Below, piece by piece: positions 20,397 to 28,852 of a stretch of 64,000 nt of DNA. The position numbers were made by a program, and so were the translations under genes. The first letter of the stretch is position 1, and every line of letters begins with the position of its first letter. Source of the DNA: an uncultured Alphaproteobacteria bacterium (GTDB lineage: Bacteria; Pseudomonadota; Alphaproteobacteria; Rs-D84); NCBI GenBank assembly GCA_944389385.1, contig CALXMC010000003.1, forward strand, positions 10,356 through 74,355, written 5' to 3'. The notes under the pieces were generated by a model. The model did not search any database, was not told the origin of the DNA, and saw only the letters and a list, made by a program, of their open reading frames with translations.

Positions 20397-21473
20397 TTAT
20401 TTTAATTCGTCGGCCAATGTCGCAATTGCAATCGCATACCAATTTGAATTATTCCACTTTTTAATCCGATAAAAATTTGGATACGTTAAATAAGCATAAA
20501 TTACAGGTTGCGGGGCAACATCTGTGTCAATCGCATTCGGATCAGGCGTCACAGCCGCACTTGCAATCGCGTTGGCACGTTCTTCTTTTATTTTATCCAC
20601 GTCTGCAACCAAACCCGCCATCATGTCAACAACCGGTATCGGCGAACCATCTGTGTTCGTGACGCCCATCGCCGCCCATTGAGACAACTGATACTTCGTT
20701 TTTCCATCCAGTAACGATACATCAAAATCAGCCGGCAATGCAACACGGCGGACTATACGTTCGTTCGGATTCCACCCCAGTTTATGTAAATAATTTCCCG
20801 CACTGGCCATTGCATCACCCACACTGTGAATAATGTCCACATACCCGTCGCCATTGCCATCCATCCCATATTGTTGCAAAGTTGTCGGAATAAACTGGAA
20901 ATGCCCCATAGCACCCGCCCAACTGCCGCGAATGTCGTTTATGTCCAGATTATTTACATCTGCTATCTTCATCAGTGCCAATAACTGGTTACCAAAAAAC
21001 GTTTCACGCCGCCCGTCGTACATCAAAGTTAAAAACGCATCTGTTAATTTATGCGCTGCGCGATATTGGCCATAATTTGATTCCAAACCCCAAAAAGCCA
21101 AAATCACATGCGGTTGAACACCATAAGTTTGATAAACACGATTCAGCATTGTCGGATATGTATTGCGCATATCGCGGCCATTCTTTATGCGACGCGAATT
21201 AACCGTGCGCGCCAAATAATCATCCAGTGTTAATTTGAATTCAGCCTGATTTTTATCGCTTTTAACAATCGATGGAATAAATGCAGGATATTTCAATGTC
21301 GCGTCAATCGTTGCGTCAGATATGCCATTCGCAGATGCGCGTTCGCGCACATTATCCAAAATACTGTACCACCGCGTTACATCAAATGCACCACGATCCG
21401 CGTGCACCGCACATGGTAAAAACACCATCATCGCAGCGCCCATCAGGCGTGCGATACAGTTACGATAATTCAT
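20397..21473 (-). CDS. mltB: Lytic murein transglycosylase B
   Basis: ATG at 21471-21473 with RBS AAGGGG. Motifs WGLESNYG and AGAMGHFQFIP. Confidence 0.75.
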   Translation of the reverse strand: MNYRNCIARLMGAAMMVFLPCAVHADRGAFDVTRWYSILDNVRERASANGISDATIDATLKYPAFIPSIVKSDKNQAEFKLTLDDYLARTVNSRRIKNGRDMRNTYPTMLNRVYQTYGVQPHVILAFWGLESNYGQYRAAHKLTDAFLTLMYDGRRETFFGNQLLALMKIADVNNLDINDIRGSWAGAMGHFQFIPTTLQQYGMDGNGDGYVDIIHSVGDAMASAGNYLHKLGWNPNERIVRRVALPADFDVSLLDGKTKYQLSQWAAMGVTNTDGSPIPVVDMMAGLVADVDKIKEERANAIASAAVTPDPNAIDTDVAPQPVIYAYLTYPNFYRIKKWNNSNWYAIAIATLADELK

Positions 21474-21484
21474 AATCACACCCC

Positions 21485-22960
21485 TTAAAACGAGTATTTT
21501 AATCCGACATGCAATCCGAATGATTGCCAATTTGCATGATCCAATTGGTCACTGATATATTCAGTGCTGGCCGGGACAGTTTCCAATATTGGCAAACCAT
21601 TGTCGTCCAATATGTAATATCCGTTTTCATCCACCAACCATTGCGTATATTCAGCCAAATACAACTCGCCCCCGATTGCACCAACGTGGAAGAAATTTGT
21701 GTCGACCTTGATTGCAATCTGCATGCGGTCAGATATGCGATAATTATACTCCATTTCCGCCGCATACGAATATGCACCATTGTTGCCTTCGTCGATAAAA
21801 CTGGGGTTTTGTTGCCAATCAGTACGATTTGGCCATATACCTTCGGACGAATAATTTGGTAATCCAACTTGAACATAGAAACGCAAATTATCCTTTAACG
21901 TCATTTGCTTTTCTATTTCCAAACCGACGTAAAAACCAGACCATGTTGTGTTATAAATATGTGTTGTTCCTTCGACTATGATTGGGCCGTCGCCACCAAT
22001 AACAACACATTCACCAGAATCCACACCCCACGGAATATAGCCCATATTCGGGTCGTAATCGCCGGTTACCAGCGATTGCCCCAACCCCATAATTCCGCCG
22101 GCATTATTCGTCTGGACCAATTTAATATCTTCTGGCGACATACATACCTGATACCAATCTTCGGACGGTTCGACATTTATCGGAACAGAATAATAATTAC
22201 CCTCGACATCGCCAAAGACATAGTCGCCATTACTGGTCATTAACGGTAAAAATATTCCCTGGTTCGGATAGTAATGGTCGGACATTTCCAAGTTATGATT
22301 AAATATTTCATACCCAATCGAAGGCGATATTTTCCATCCACCAACATCCCATGCGTTATGCGCCCCAATTCCAACCTTGAAATGATTTGTACGACCGGTT
22401 TGCCCACCAACAGAAATTGTAAATATGCCATAATACGGATCCGAGGCATCATACGGTTCCAAATCATAATCCATAGACAGGCCGCCATGATTCATGAAAC
22501 CCATGCTGTATTCACCGTACGCAAACATATCAAAACTGCGAATACTGAAATTATGACGCAATCCGACGGTAAATTCGTCGTATATCATGTCATCCCATTC
22601 CAACACAGAATTAACACCTGTCTTGAATTCAAAATCAGCAAAACGACGTGCATACGTCGCATACAGCGTGGTTTTATCCTGGGGCGGCATGGCGATGCCA
22701 TTCGCGGTCATGGTACCTTCAAACTTTGGTAAAGTCGGACGCGGAACCTGGTACGAATAAGAATTTGTTCCAACGATTTGCTTGCTTCCAGATTGACCAA
22801 CGTATTGGGTATATCCCTGGTTCGCGTAATTGCCGTACGCCGCGCGATTTACCGTGGTTGTATCATTTTTTTGATAATATGATGGCACCCCCTCGTTCGA
22901 CGCAAAAGCCACGGTGGGTATCAACATTCCCAACAAAAAAGCAAAACTTCCTTTCTTCAT
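21485..22960 (-). CDS. Outer membrane beta-barrel protein of unknown function
   Basis: Signal peptide MKKGSFAFLLGMLIPTVAFA. 491 aa. C-terminal ..GLKYSF. Stop is 11 nt upstream of mltB, so probably co-transcribed. Confidence 0.55.
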   Translation of the reverse strand: MKKGSFAFLLGMLIPTVAFASNEGVPSYYQKNDTTTVNRAAYGNYANQGYTQYVGQSGSKQIVGTNSYSYQVPRPTLPKFEGTMTANGIAMPPQDKTTLYATYARRFADFEFKTGVNSVLEWDDMIYDEFTVGLRHNFSIRSFDMFAYGEYSMGFMNHGGLSMDYDLEPYDASDPYYGIFTISVGGQTGRTNHFKVGIGAHNAWDVGGWKISPSIGYEIFNHNLEMSDHYYPNQGIFLPLMTSNGDYVFGDVEGNYYSVPINVEPSEDWYQVCMSPEDIKLVQTNNAGGIMGLGQSLVTGDYDPNMGYIPWGVDSGECVVIGGDGPIIVEGTTHIYNTTWSGFYVGLEIEKQMTLKDNLRFYVQVGLPNYSSEGIWPNRTDWQQNPSFIDEGNNGAYSYAAEMEYNYRISDRMQIAIKVDTNFFHVGAIGGELYLAEYTQWLVDENGYYILDDNGLPILETVPASTEYISDQLDHANWQSFGLHVGLKYSF

Positions 22961-23070
22961 ACCTACATTGTTAAATTCATTCTATCATAAAAAATCGTTG
23001 TATGAAAAGCAATTTTTTATCTGATAAATCAAATACTGGATTTTACGTGTTTTTGTTATATCATAATCGC

Positions 23071-24147
23071 ATGGTTACGCCGCACAACATCTATATTCAT
23101 GTACCTTTTTGCGCGTCTAAGTGTAATTATTGCGCTTTTTTTTCACGTGCATGCGCCACACCCAACTGGGACGCGTATGCCGATGGGATTATTCGTGAAA
23201 TTCAATATTGGGCGGAAATATTGGGGCACATAAATGTGCCGACTGTATTTTTTGGTGGCGGAACGCCGTCTTTGATGCCGGTGGGGATTTTTCAAAAAAT
23301 CATGGACGCACTGCGCAGCGCGTTTAATCTGGATTCGCAGTGCGAGATTACCCTGGAATCAAACCCAGGCACAATCGACGCCACAAAATTAGACGAATTT
23401 ATTCAATCTGGCGTAACCAGAATTTCAATCGGCGTGCAATCATTTGATGATGAAAAATTAAAGTTCTTGGGGCGACGGCACGATGCAGCAACCGCACGGA
23501 AATTCTTGGATTTGGCAATGGCGCGTGGCGTGCGTGTGTCGGCTGATTTTATTTATGGTTTGCCGGGCGATAACGTGCGCGACATGGTGCAATTATGTCG
23601 CGATATAAATTCAATCGGCCTGCCACATTGTTCTTTGTATGAATTAAGTATCGAACCCGGCACCCCATTTGCAACCATGAATTTACAAATGCCGACAAAT
23701 GACGAAATGGCCAATATGTATAACGCGATTTCAGATAATTTGAACATCCCCCGGTACGAGGTTTCAAACTATGCCACGCCCGGTAACGAATGCCTGCATA
23801 ATCTTTATATTTGGGATGGCGCGCCATATATTGGAATTGGGCGCGGGGCGGCGGGGCGTGTACTGGTTGACGGCGCGTGGTATGAACAACTGGGGGCGGG
23901 CGCAGGATTAAAAAAAATATCAAACGAGGTACGCGCAATTGAACGCGTTATAACAGGTATGCGAACCATCCGCGGGGTTGCGCTTGACACAGATACGAAA
24001 AAAGTAATAAATATGGATTACGTAAATTCACACCCGGATTTACTGCGTTACACGTCGGACAACCGTATTTCGGCAACGCGGAACGGGATGTTAATTTTGG
24101 ACAATGTAATTTGTGACATGATTAAAGAGGCACCAAATGCAGCATAA
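23071..24147 (+). CDS. hemW: Radical SAM heme chaperone HemW (coproporphyrinogen III oxidase-like)
   Basis: MVTPHNIYIHVPFCASKCNYCAF. CxxxCxxC radical SAM cluster motif and typical HemW length. The upstream extension to 23002 lacks an RBS. Confidence 0.8.
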   Translation: MVTPHNIYIHVPFCASKCNYCAFFSRACATPNWDAYADGIIREIQYWAEILGHINVPTVFFGGGTPSLMPVGIFQKIMDALRSAFNLDSQCEITLESNPGTIDATKLDEFIQSGVTRISIGVQSFDDEKLKFLGRRHDAATARKFLDLAMARGVRVSADFIYGLPGDNVRDMVQLCRDINSIGLPHCSLYELSIEPGTPFATMNLQMPTNDEMANMYNAISDNLNIPRYEVSNYATPGNECLHNLYIWDGAPYIGIGRGAAGRVLVDGAWYEQLGAGAGLKKISNEVRAIERVITGMRTIRGVALDTDTKKVINMDYVNSHPDLLRYTSDNRISATRNGMLILDNVICDMIKEAPNAA

Positions 24148-26134
24148 ATTTTTGAACTTAATTGGTATCGTGGCGGTTGTAATCGCCGTCGTGGTGGCTT
24201 ATATAGATACAAAACCAAAGGGGGAAATTACTATGAACGCGGGGATAAAAGTTGAAAACATGGATTTGTCAGTTAAACCAGGCGATGATTTTTATGATTA
24301 CGCCACACGCGCATGGCAACACGCAAATCCAATCCCAGATGATTATGCGCGTTACGGTGCGTTCGAAGTTTTACACGACACAAATTTAACACGCGTTCGT
24401 GAAATTGCTGAAAAAGATAACGGCAAAATTGGTACTTTGTACAAAATCGCAATGGACGTGGATAAATTAAACGCCGATGGTGTAAATCCATTAAAACCAT
24501 ATCTGGATGAAATCGACAATATTAAATCAGTCGATGATTTGCCGACATACCTTGGAAAAATGCACAAGTTTTCATCTGCGTTTTGGGGCGACGGCGTTGC
24601 GTTGGATGAAAAAAACAGCGAATATTATCTGTATAATATTGGCCAGGGTGGAATTGGTATGTCGCGCGATTATTATTTCGATACAGATGAAAAATCCGTC
24701 CAGGTTCGTGAAAAATATCGCGAATACATCGCCAAACAATTAAAAAACTTTGGTGTTGATGCGGATGCCAATGCGATATATGCCGTCGAAGAACGCATGG
24801 CGCGGTCATTTTATCCAAAAGAAAAACTGCGTGACCCGGCCGCAAATTACCACAAAATGTCAATCCAGACAATTAAATCAGAATTTCCAAATTTTGATTG
24901 GGATAAATATCTGGTGGCGCGTGGCGCGGCGGCCGCAGGCGATATAAACATAAATCAGCCCCAGGCAATTGCTGAATCCATTGCGATTATGAACGACACC
25001 GATATAAAACTGATTCGTGATTATTTGAAATATCGCGTTATAAATTCAGGCACAGGCGTTTTGGATGACACGACATACGATATTGCGTTTGATTTTTACA
25101 ATCGCACTTTGGCCGGACAAATTGAAAAAAAGCCACGTTGGAAACGCGCAGTATCTATGCTGGACGGTGCACTGGGCGAAGAAATTGGCCGGCTGTATGT
25201 TGAAAAATATTTCCCGGCGTCTGCAAAAAAACGTATGCAGGAATTGGTGAAAAATCTGCAACGCGCGTTGGGAATGCGAATTGAAAATTTGGAATGGATG
25301 TCGGACGAAACCAAGTCCAGCGCAATGAAAAAATTAAATTCATTTACTGCAAAAATCGGATACCCAGACAAATGGCGCGATTATTCTGGATTGAACATAG
25401 ATGCAAATGCGTCGCTGTGGGAAAACATGATGAATGTTTCCAAATTCGAAGACGCGTTTTGGTTGGCAAAAATTGGCCAGAAAAAAGACCCAACCATTTG
25501 GTATATGAACGCGCACGAGGTTAATGCTTATTACGATCCATCAACAAATGAGGTTTGTTTTCCGGCCGGAATTCTGCAATATCCGTTTTTTGATATGGAT
25601 GCAGACGATGCGTTTAACTATGGCGCAATCGGCGCAGTTATCGGTCATGAAATGACACACGGTTTTGATGATTCAGGTCGTCAATTTGACGCAGACGGTA
25701 ACCTGCGCGATTGGTGGGGTGCGTCGGATGCAGACGGATTTACCGCGCGCGCCAATGTTATGCGTGATTATTTTAACAATATTGAAATTGCCCCCGGTGT
25801 TAAAGCCAATGGCGAATTTACGTTGGGTGAAAACTTGGCGGATTACGGCGGAATAACGGTTGCATACACGGCATATAAAAACTTTGGCACGCCCAGTCCT
25901 GAATTTAATGGATTGACCGCCAACATGCGTTTCTTTATCGCGTATGCAGGTGTATGGGCACAGAACATCCGCGAAGCCGAGGCACTGCGTTTAACCAAAA
26001 TGGACGAACATTCGTTGGCGCGTTGGCGCGTGAATGGAATATTACCGCATATCGACGCTTGGTACGATGCGTTTGGCGTACAGCCGGACGACAAACTGTA
26101 CCTGGCACCCGAAAAACGTGTAAAGTTGTGGTAG
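24137..26134 (+). CDS. pepO: M13 family zinc metallopeptidase (PepO/neprilysin-like) with N-terminal membrane anchor
   Basis: RBS AAAGAGG. HEMTHGFDD zincin motif. NAYY and downstream E motif. 665 aa. Confidence 0.8.
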   Translation: MQHKFLNLIGIVAVVIAVVVAYIDTKPKGEITMNAGIKVENMDLSVKPGDDFYDYATRAWQHANPIPDDYARYGAFEVLHDTNLTRVREIAEKDNGKIGTLYKIAMDVDKLNADGVNPLKPYLDEIDNIKSVDDLPTYLGKMHKFSSAFWGDGVALDEKNSEYYLYNIGQGGIGMSRDYYFDTDEKSVQVREKYREYIAKQLKNFGVDADANAIYAVEERMARSFYPKEKLRDPAANYHKMSIQTIKSEFPNFDWDKYLVARGAAAAGDININQPQAIAESIAIMNDTDIKLIRDYLKYRVINSGTGVLDDTTYDIAFDFYNRTLAGQIEKKPRWKRAVSMLDGALGEEIGRLYVEKYFPASAKKRMQELVKNLQRALGMRIENLEWMSDETKSSAMKKLNSFTAKIGYPDKWRDYSGLNIDANASLWENMMNVSKFEDAFWLAKIGQKKDPTIWYMNAHEVNAYYDPSTNEVCFPAGILQYPFFDMDADDAFNYGAIGAVIGHEMTHGFDDSGRQFDADGNLRDWWGASDADGFTARANVMRDYFNNIEIAPGVKANGEFTLGENLADYGGITVAYTAYKNFGTPSPEFNGLTANMRFFIAYAGVWAQNIREAEALRLTKMDEHSLARWRVNGILPHIDAWYDAFGVQPDDKLYLAPEKRVKLW

Positions 26135-26137
26135 GTA

Positions 26138-26150
26138 GTTACTCGTAACT
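26138..26150 (+). repeat. GTTACTC heptad repeat motif (GTTACTCGTAACT) immediately after the pepO stop
   Basis: TAG GTA GTTACTC GTAACTT. Same motif family as at 54916, 57265, 59824, 60514 and 61896. Confidence 0.7.
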
Positions 26151-26486
26151 TTAATGATGTGCGACGAAGTGTAAAATTAAACTGATAATAAATATTACCG
26201 TGATAACGGCGATGATTATTTTTTGAGTTCGATGGCTGTGGCCGTGGCCGTCGTGACAATGTTCGCATTCGCATTTACAATCGCGCAGTACCAAATACCA
26301 CGATACGCATAACATCAGGCCTGAAAACACAAACAACCACGGTTCAACCCAATGTGGCACAATTTCAGAATGCGCAAATTCAGGCGCAAACAAACCAACC
26401 ACAGACAAAACAATCGGCAACACGCAACAAAACAGATGCGGCAAAATACTGGCAATTATTCCGATTTTAACGGCTTTGTTTTTCAT
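26151..26486 (-). CDS. Small Cys/His-rich membrane protein, possible MerT/MerF-like metal ion transporter
   Basis: ATG at 26484-26486 (MKNKAVKIG..). TM helix with vicinal cysteines LPHLFCCVLPIVL. A second TM. C-terminal metal-binding-like CKCECEHCHDGHGHSH. Confidence 0.4.
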   Translation of the reverse strand: MKNKAVKIGIIASILPHLFCCVLPIVLSVVGLFAPEFAHSEIVPHWVEPWLFVFSGLMLCVSWYLVLRDCKCECEHCHDGHGHSHRTQKIIIAVITVIFIISLILHFVAHH

Positions 26487-26503
26487 AATATAAAATCCTT
26501 TCT

Positions 26504-26521
26504 GGTATCCCCAACAGGAAT
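26504..26521. repeat. 18-bp direct repeat identical to the 3' end of tRNA-Arg (att-like scar)
   Basis: GGTATCCCCAACAGGAAT at 26504-26521 is identical to 26621-26638 inside the tRNA. The two copies are separated by 99 bp. Confidence 0.7.
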
Positions 26522-26619
26522 GCTTCGCCACCTTGCAAAATTGCGCTTGGGCGCAACCGGCGTACTTCCGTCCGCTTTTTTGCTGCGGTTCGAACCTTTG
26601 CCACAGGTTCGCTTCCTGT

Positions 26620-26695
26620 TGGTATCCCCAACAGGAATCGAACCTGTATCAAGGGTTTAGGAAACCCTCGTTCTATCCAGTTGAACTATGGGGAC
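26620..26695 (-). tRNA. tRNA-Arg (anticodon CCT)
   Basis: Reverse complement GTCCCCATAGTTCAACTGGATAGAACGAGGGTTTCCTAAACCCTTGATACAGGTTCGATTCCTGTTGGGGATACCA. Cloverleaf with anticodon loop TTCCTAA. Confidence 0.85.
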
Positions 26696-26727
26696 AACGC
26701 ACTATATTTTATTCACAGATTTTAATA

Positions 26728-26756
26728 TTGCAAGTTGTAATCATGACGGTTATAAT
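26728..26756 (+). promoter_or_regulatory. Near-consensus sigma70 promoter upstream of fabH-ihfA
   Basis: TTGCAA, 17-nt spacer, TATAAT, about 35 nt upstream of the fabH start. Confidence 0.5.
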
Positions 26757-26789
26757 GCCGTGGCAAAAAAATAAAAAGGAAAGGGATAT

Positions 26790-27728
26790 ATGGGAAGCAG
26801 ACTGATTGGATATGGTTCTTATTTGCCCGAACGGGTCATGACCAATCAAGATTTTGAAAAAATTATGGATACAACCGACGAATGGATTACCCAGCGCACT
26901 GGTATGCGCGACCGGCATTTCGCACGCGATGATGAAACTGTTGTGGATATGGCTGTGGTTGCGGCCCGGCGTGCCTTGGATAATGCGGGTATCACAATTA
27001 ACGATATAGACATGGTGATTGTCGCAACAACAACGCCTGAATTGGATTTCCCGTCCGTCGGGGTCCAGGTTCTGGGGCGGCTGGGTGCGACAAATAACGC
27101 ACCGGCGTTTGATGTGCGTGGGGCATGCACAGGGTATATTTATGCCCTGCACTGCGCGCGCGCGTTTTTCACAGCCGGCATGCATCACAGAATTATGTTA
27201 ATCGGCGCGGAAAAAATGTCGCGGTTTATTGACTGGTCCGATCGCAGTACGGCTGTATTGTTTGGCGATGGGGCGGGCGCGTTGATATTCGAACATTCGT
27301 CGTCCAGTTATTCCGGCATCATTGACACAGTCGTGATGTCGGACGGGCGCGAATTCGATATGCTGCATGGGTCACCCGACCACAGAATCATAATGAACGG
27401 GCCCGAGACTTATAAAAAGGCTGTAACGTTGATGCCAGATGCGGCACAGTACATTATGGATCATGCGGGCATTACGGCGGATAATGTTGATTGGATTGTT
27501 CCGCATCAGGCAAATTTGCGCATTATTCAAAGCGGTGCACAACGGTTGGGATTTCCGCTGGAAAAAATTCTGGTAACGGTGGATAAACACGCAAATACCA
27601 GTGGCGCATCGGGCGTACTTGCATTATCGTACGCATTTGATAATAATATAATTAAACGTGGACAACTTGTTCTGTATCCTGCGTTCGGCAGTGGCCTGAC
27701 ATGGGGTGCGGCGTTAATCAGGGTGTAA
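26790..27728 (+). CDS. fabH: 3-oxoacyl-ACP synthase III
   Basis: 312 aa. MGSRLIGYGSYLPERVMTNQD. Active-site Cys context FDVRGACTGYIYAL. HQAN and GSG motifs. Confidence 0.9.
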   Translation: MGSRLIGYGSYLPERVMTNQDFEKIMDTTDEWITQRTGMRDRHFARDDETVVDMAVVAARRALDNAGITINDIDMVIVATTTPELDFPSVGVQVLGRLGATNNAPAFDVRGACTGYIYALHCARAFFTAGMHHRIMLIGAEKMSRFIDWSDRSTAVLFGDGAGALIFEHSSSSYSGIIDTVVMSDGREFDMLHGSPDHRIIMNGPETYKKAVTLMPDAAQYIMDHAGITADNVDWIVPHQANLRIIQSGAQRLGFPLEKILVTVDKHANTSGASGVLALSYAFDNNIIKRGQLVLYPAFGSGLTWGAALIRV

Positions 27729-27731
27729 AAA

Positions 27732-28019
27732 ATGGCAACTATTACCAGAAGTGATTTTGCAAATCGTTTGCGCGAACGCTTTGGCGTGACTTCGTCGGAT
27801 GCGTTCAAATTGGTGGATATCGTATTTAATGAAATTCGCGAATCTTTAATAAATGGGGAAGAGGTTAAATTCGCAGGATTTGGTACTTTCAAAATACTGG
27901 AAAAATCTCAACGTATGGGTCGCAACCCGAAAACTGGTGCGCCTGCGATAATTTCTGCGCGCCGCGTTGTATCTTTCCGCCCCAGCAACGAATTCAGAAA
28001 GCGTGTGGCGGGCAAATAA
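27732..28019 (+). CDS. ihfA: Integration host factor subunit alpha
   Basis: 95 aa. GFGTFKILEKSQRMGRNPKTGAPAIISARRVVSFRPS is the HU/IHF arm signature, closest to IHF-alpha. Confidence 0.75.
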   Translation: MATITRSDFANRLRERFGVTSSDAFKLVDIVFNEIRESLINGEEVKFAGFGTFKILEKSQRMGRNPKTGAPAIISARRVVSFRPSNEFRKRVAGK

Positions 28020-28047
28020 AAAACACCGGTTTTTCCGGTGTTTTTTT
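28020..28047 (+). terminator. Rho-independent terminator after ihfA
   Basis: CACCGGTTTTTCCGGTG hairpin followed by eight T residues. Confidence 0.6.
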
Positions 28048-28060
28048 TGTTGTATGGTAA

Positions 28061-28852
28061 TTATCTGACAAACGGATTGTATACATTTGTGTTACGTTGT
28101 AATTCTTCCAAATTCAGCGATATACACACGCGCAGCCTGTTAACACATTCCATCATTTCTTGTCTGTTATTTTTTTTCGATGCAGATGTGCATTTTTGGT
28201 GTGCTTCGCAATAAGGTGTGGAATATGTCGCAGTTTGTTCGTCGTATTCACATTCAACTTTTTCCAAACGGTCAAACATTCTTAACACGCCCATATCTGT
28301 TTCCAATTGGCGTTTTGCGGCACCAATATCGGCATCATTTATCGCGGTTGTAATTCTGTCCAGATTACGTGACAAACATTCCATAACGTCTTTGGTCAAT
28401 CCGGCATTTATGCAATTTTCTGCGCCAGTTACACCATTATTCCCCGTCAAAGACGATCCAGACGACGCGCGTTCAGACGATGATGCGCCCGCGGTTTCGA
28501 ATTTGGTGGTTAAAATTTCGCGTTCCAATTGCGTTTTTAATCGTTGAACAGTTGCTTCAAGATATTCGTACTGTTTATACATTTGTTGCATAATGACGGT
28601 GGATTTTAATGCAACCACATCGCGCATCAGTTGCCGATCAGATGCGTTTGTCGGATTTTCTGTAAGACCAAGATTGTACGCATGCGTGCTGCACAATGCC
28701 AACATCGGCACAATGCGGTTATTGTCATCTTTATCGCAACCGTTACTGACCGTTGCGGCCATGACGGGTGTGCCCACGCACATCACGCCCAACACAGCAC
28801 ATAACACGCACGAAATTTTTAACCTGTCAAAAATGCCACGTTTCAATTTCAT
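28061..28852 (-). CDS. Secreted cysteine-rich coiled-coil protein (P1), unknown function
   Basis: ATG at 28850-28852 (RBS AGGTGGA) overlaps the stop of the upstream gene (ATGA). Signal peptide MKLKRGIFDRLKISCVLCAVLGVMCVGTPVMA. Cys clusters flank a predicted coiled coil. Confidence 0.5.
   Translation of the reverse strand: MKLKRGIFDRLKISCVLCAVLGVMCVGTPVMAATVSNGCDKDDNNRIVPMLALCSTHAYNLGLTENPTNASDRQLMRDVVALKSTVIMQQMYKQYEYLEATVQRLKTQLEREILTTKFETAGASSSERASSGSSLTGNNGVTGAENCINAGLTKDVMECLSRNLDRITTAINDADIGAAKRQLETDMGVLRMFDRLEKVECEYDEQTATYSTPYCEAHQKCTSASKKNNRQEMMECVNRLRVCISLNLEELQRNTNVYNPFVR

Noticed and set aside
26521-26620. Second (degenerate) tRNA gene between the two 18-bp repeats
   Set aside because: The segment contains the palindrome GGTTCGAACC but no acceptor-stem partner and no D or anticodon arms. 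It is better explained as an att-site scar.
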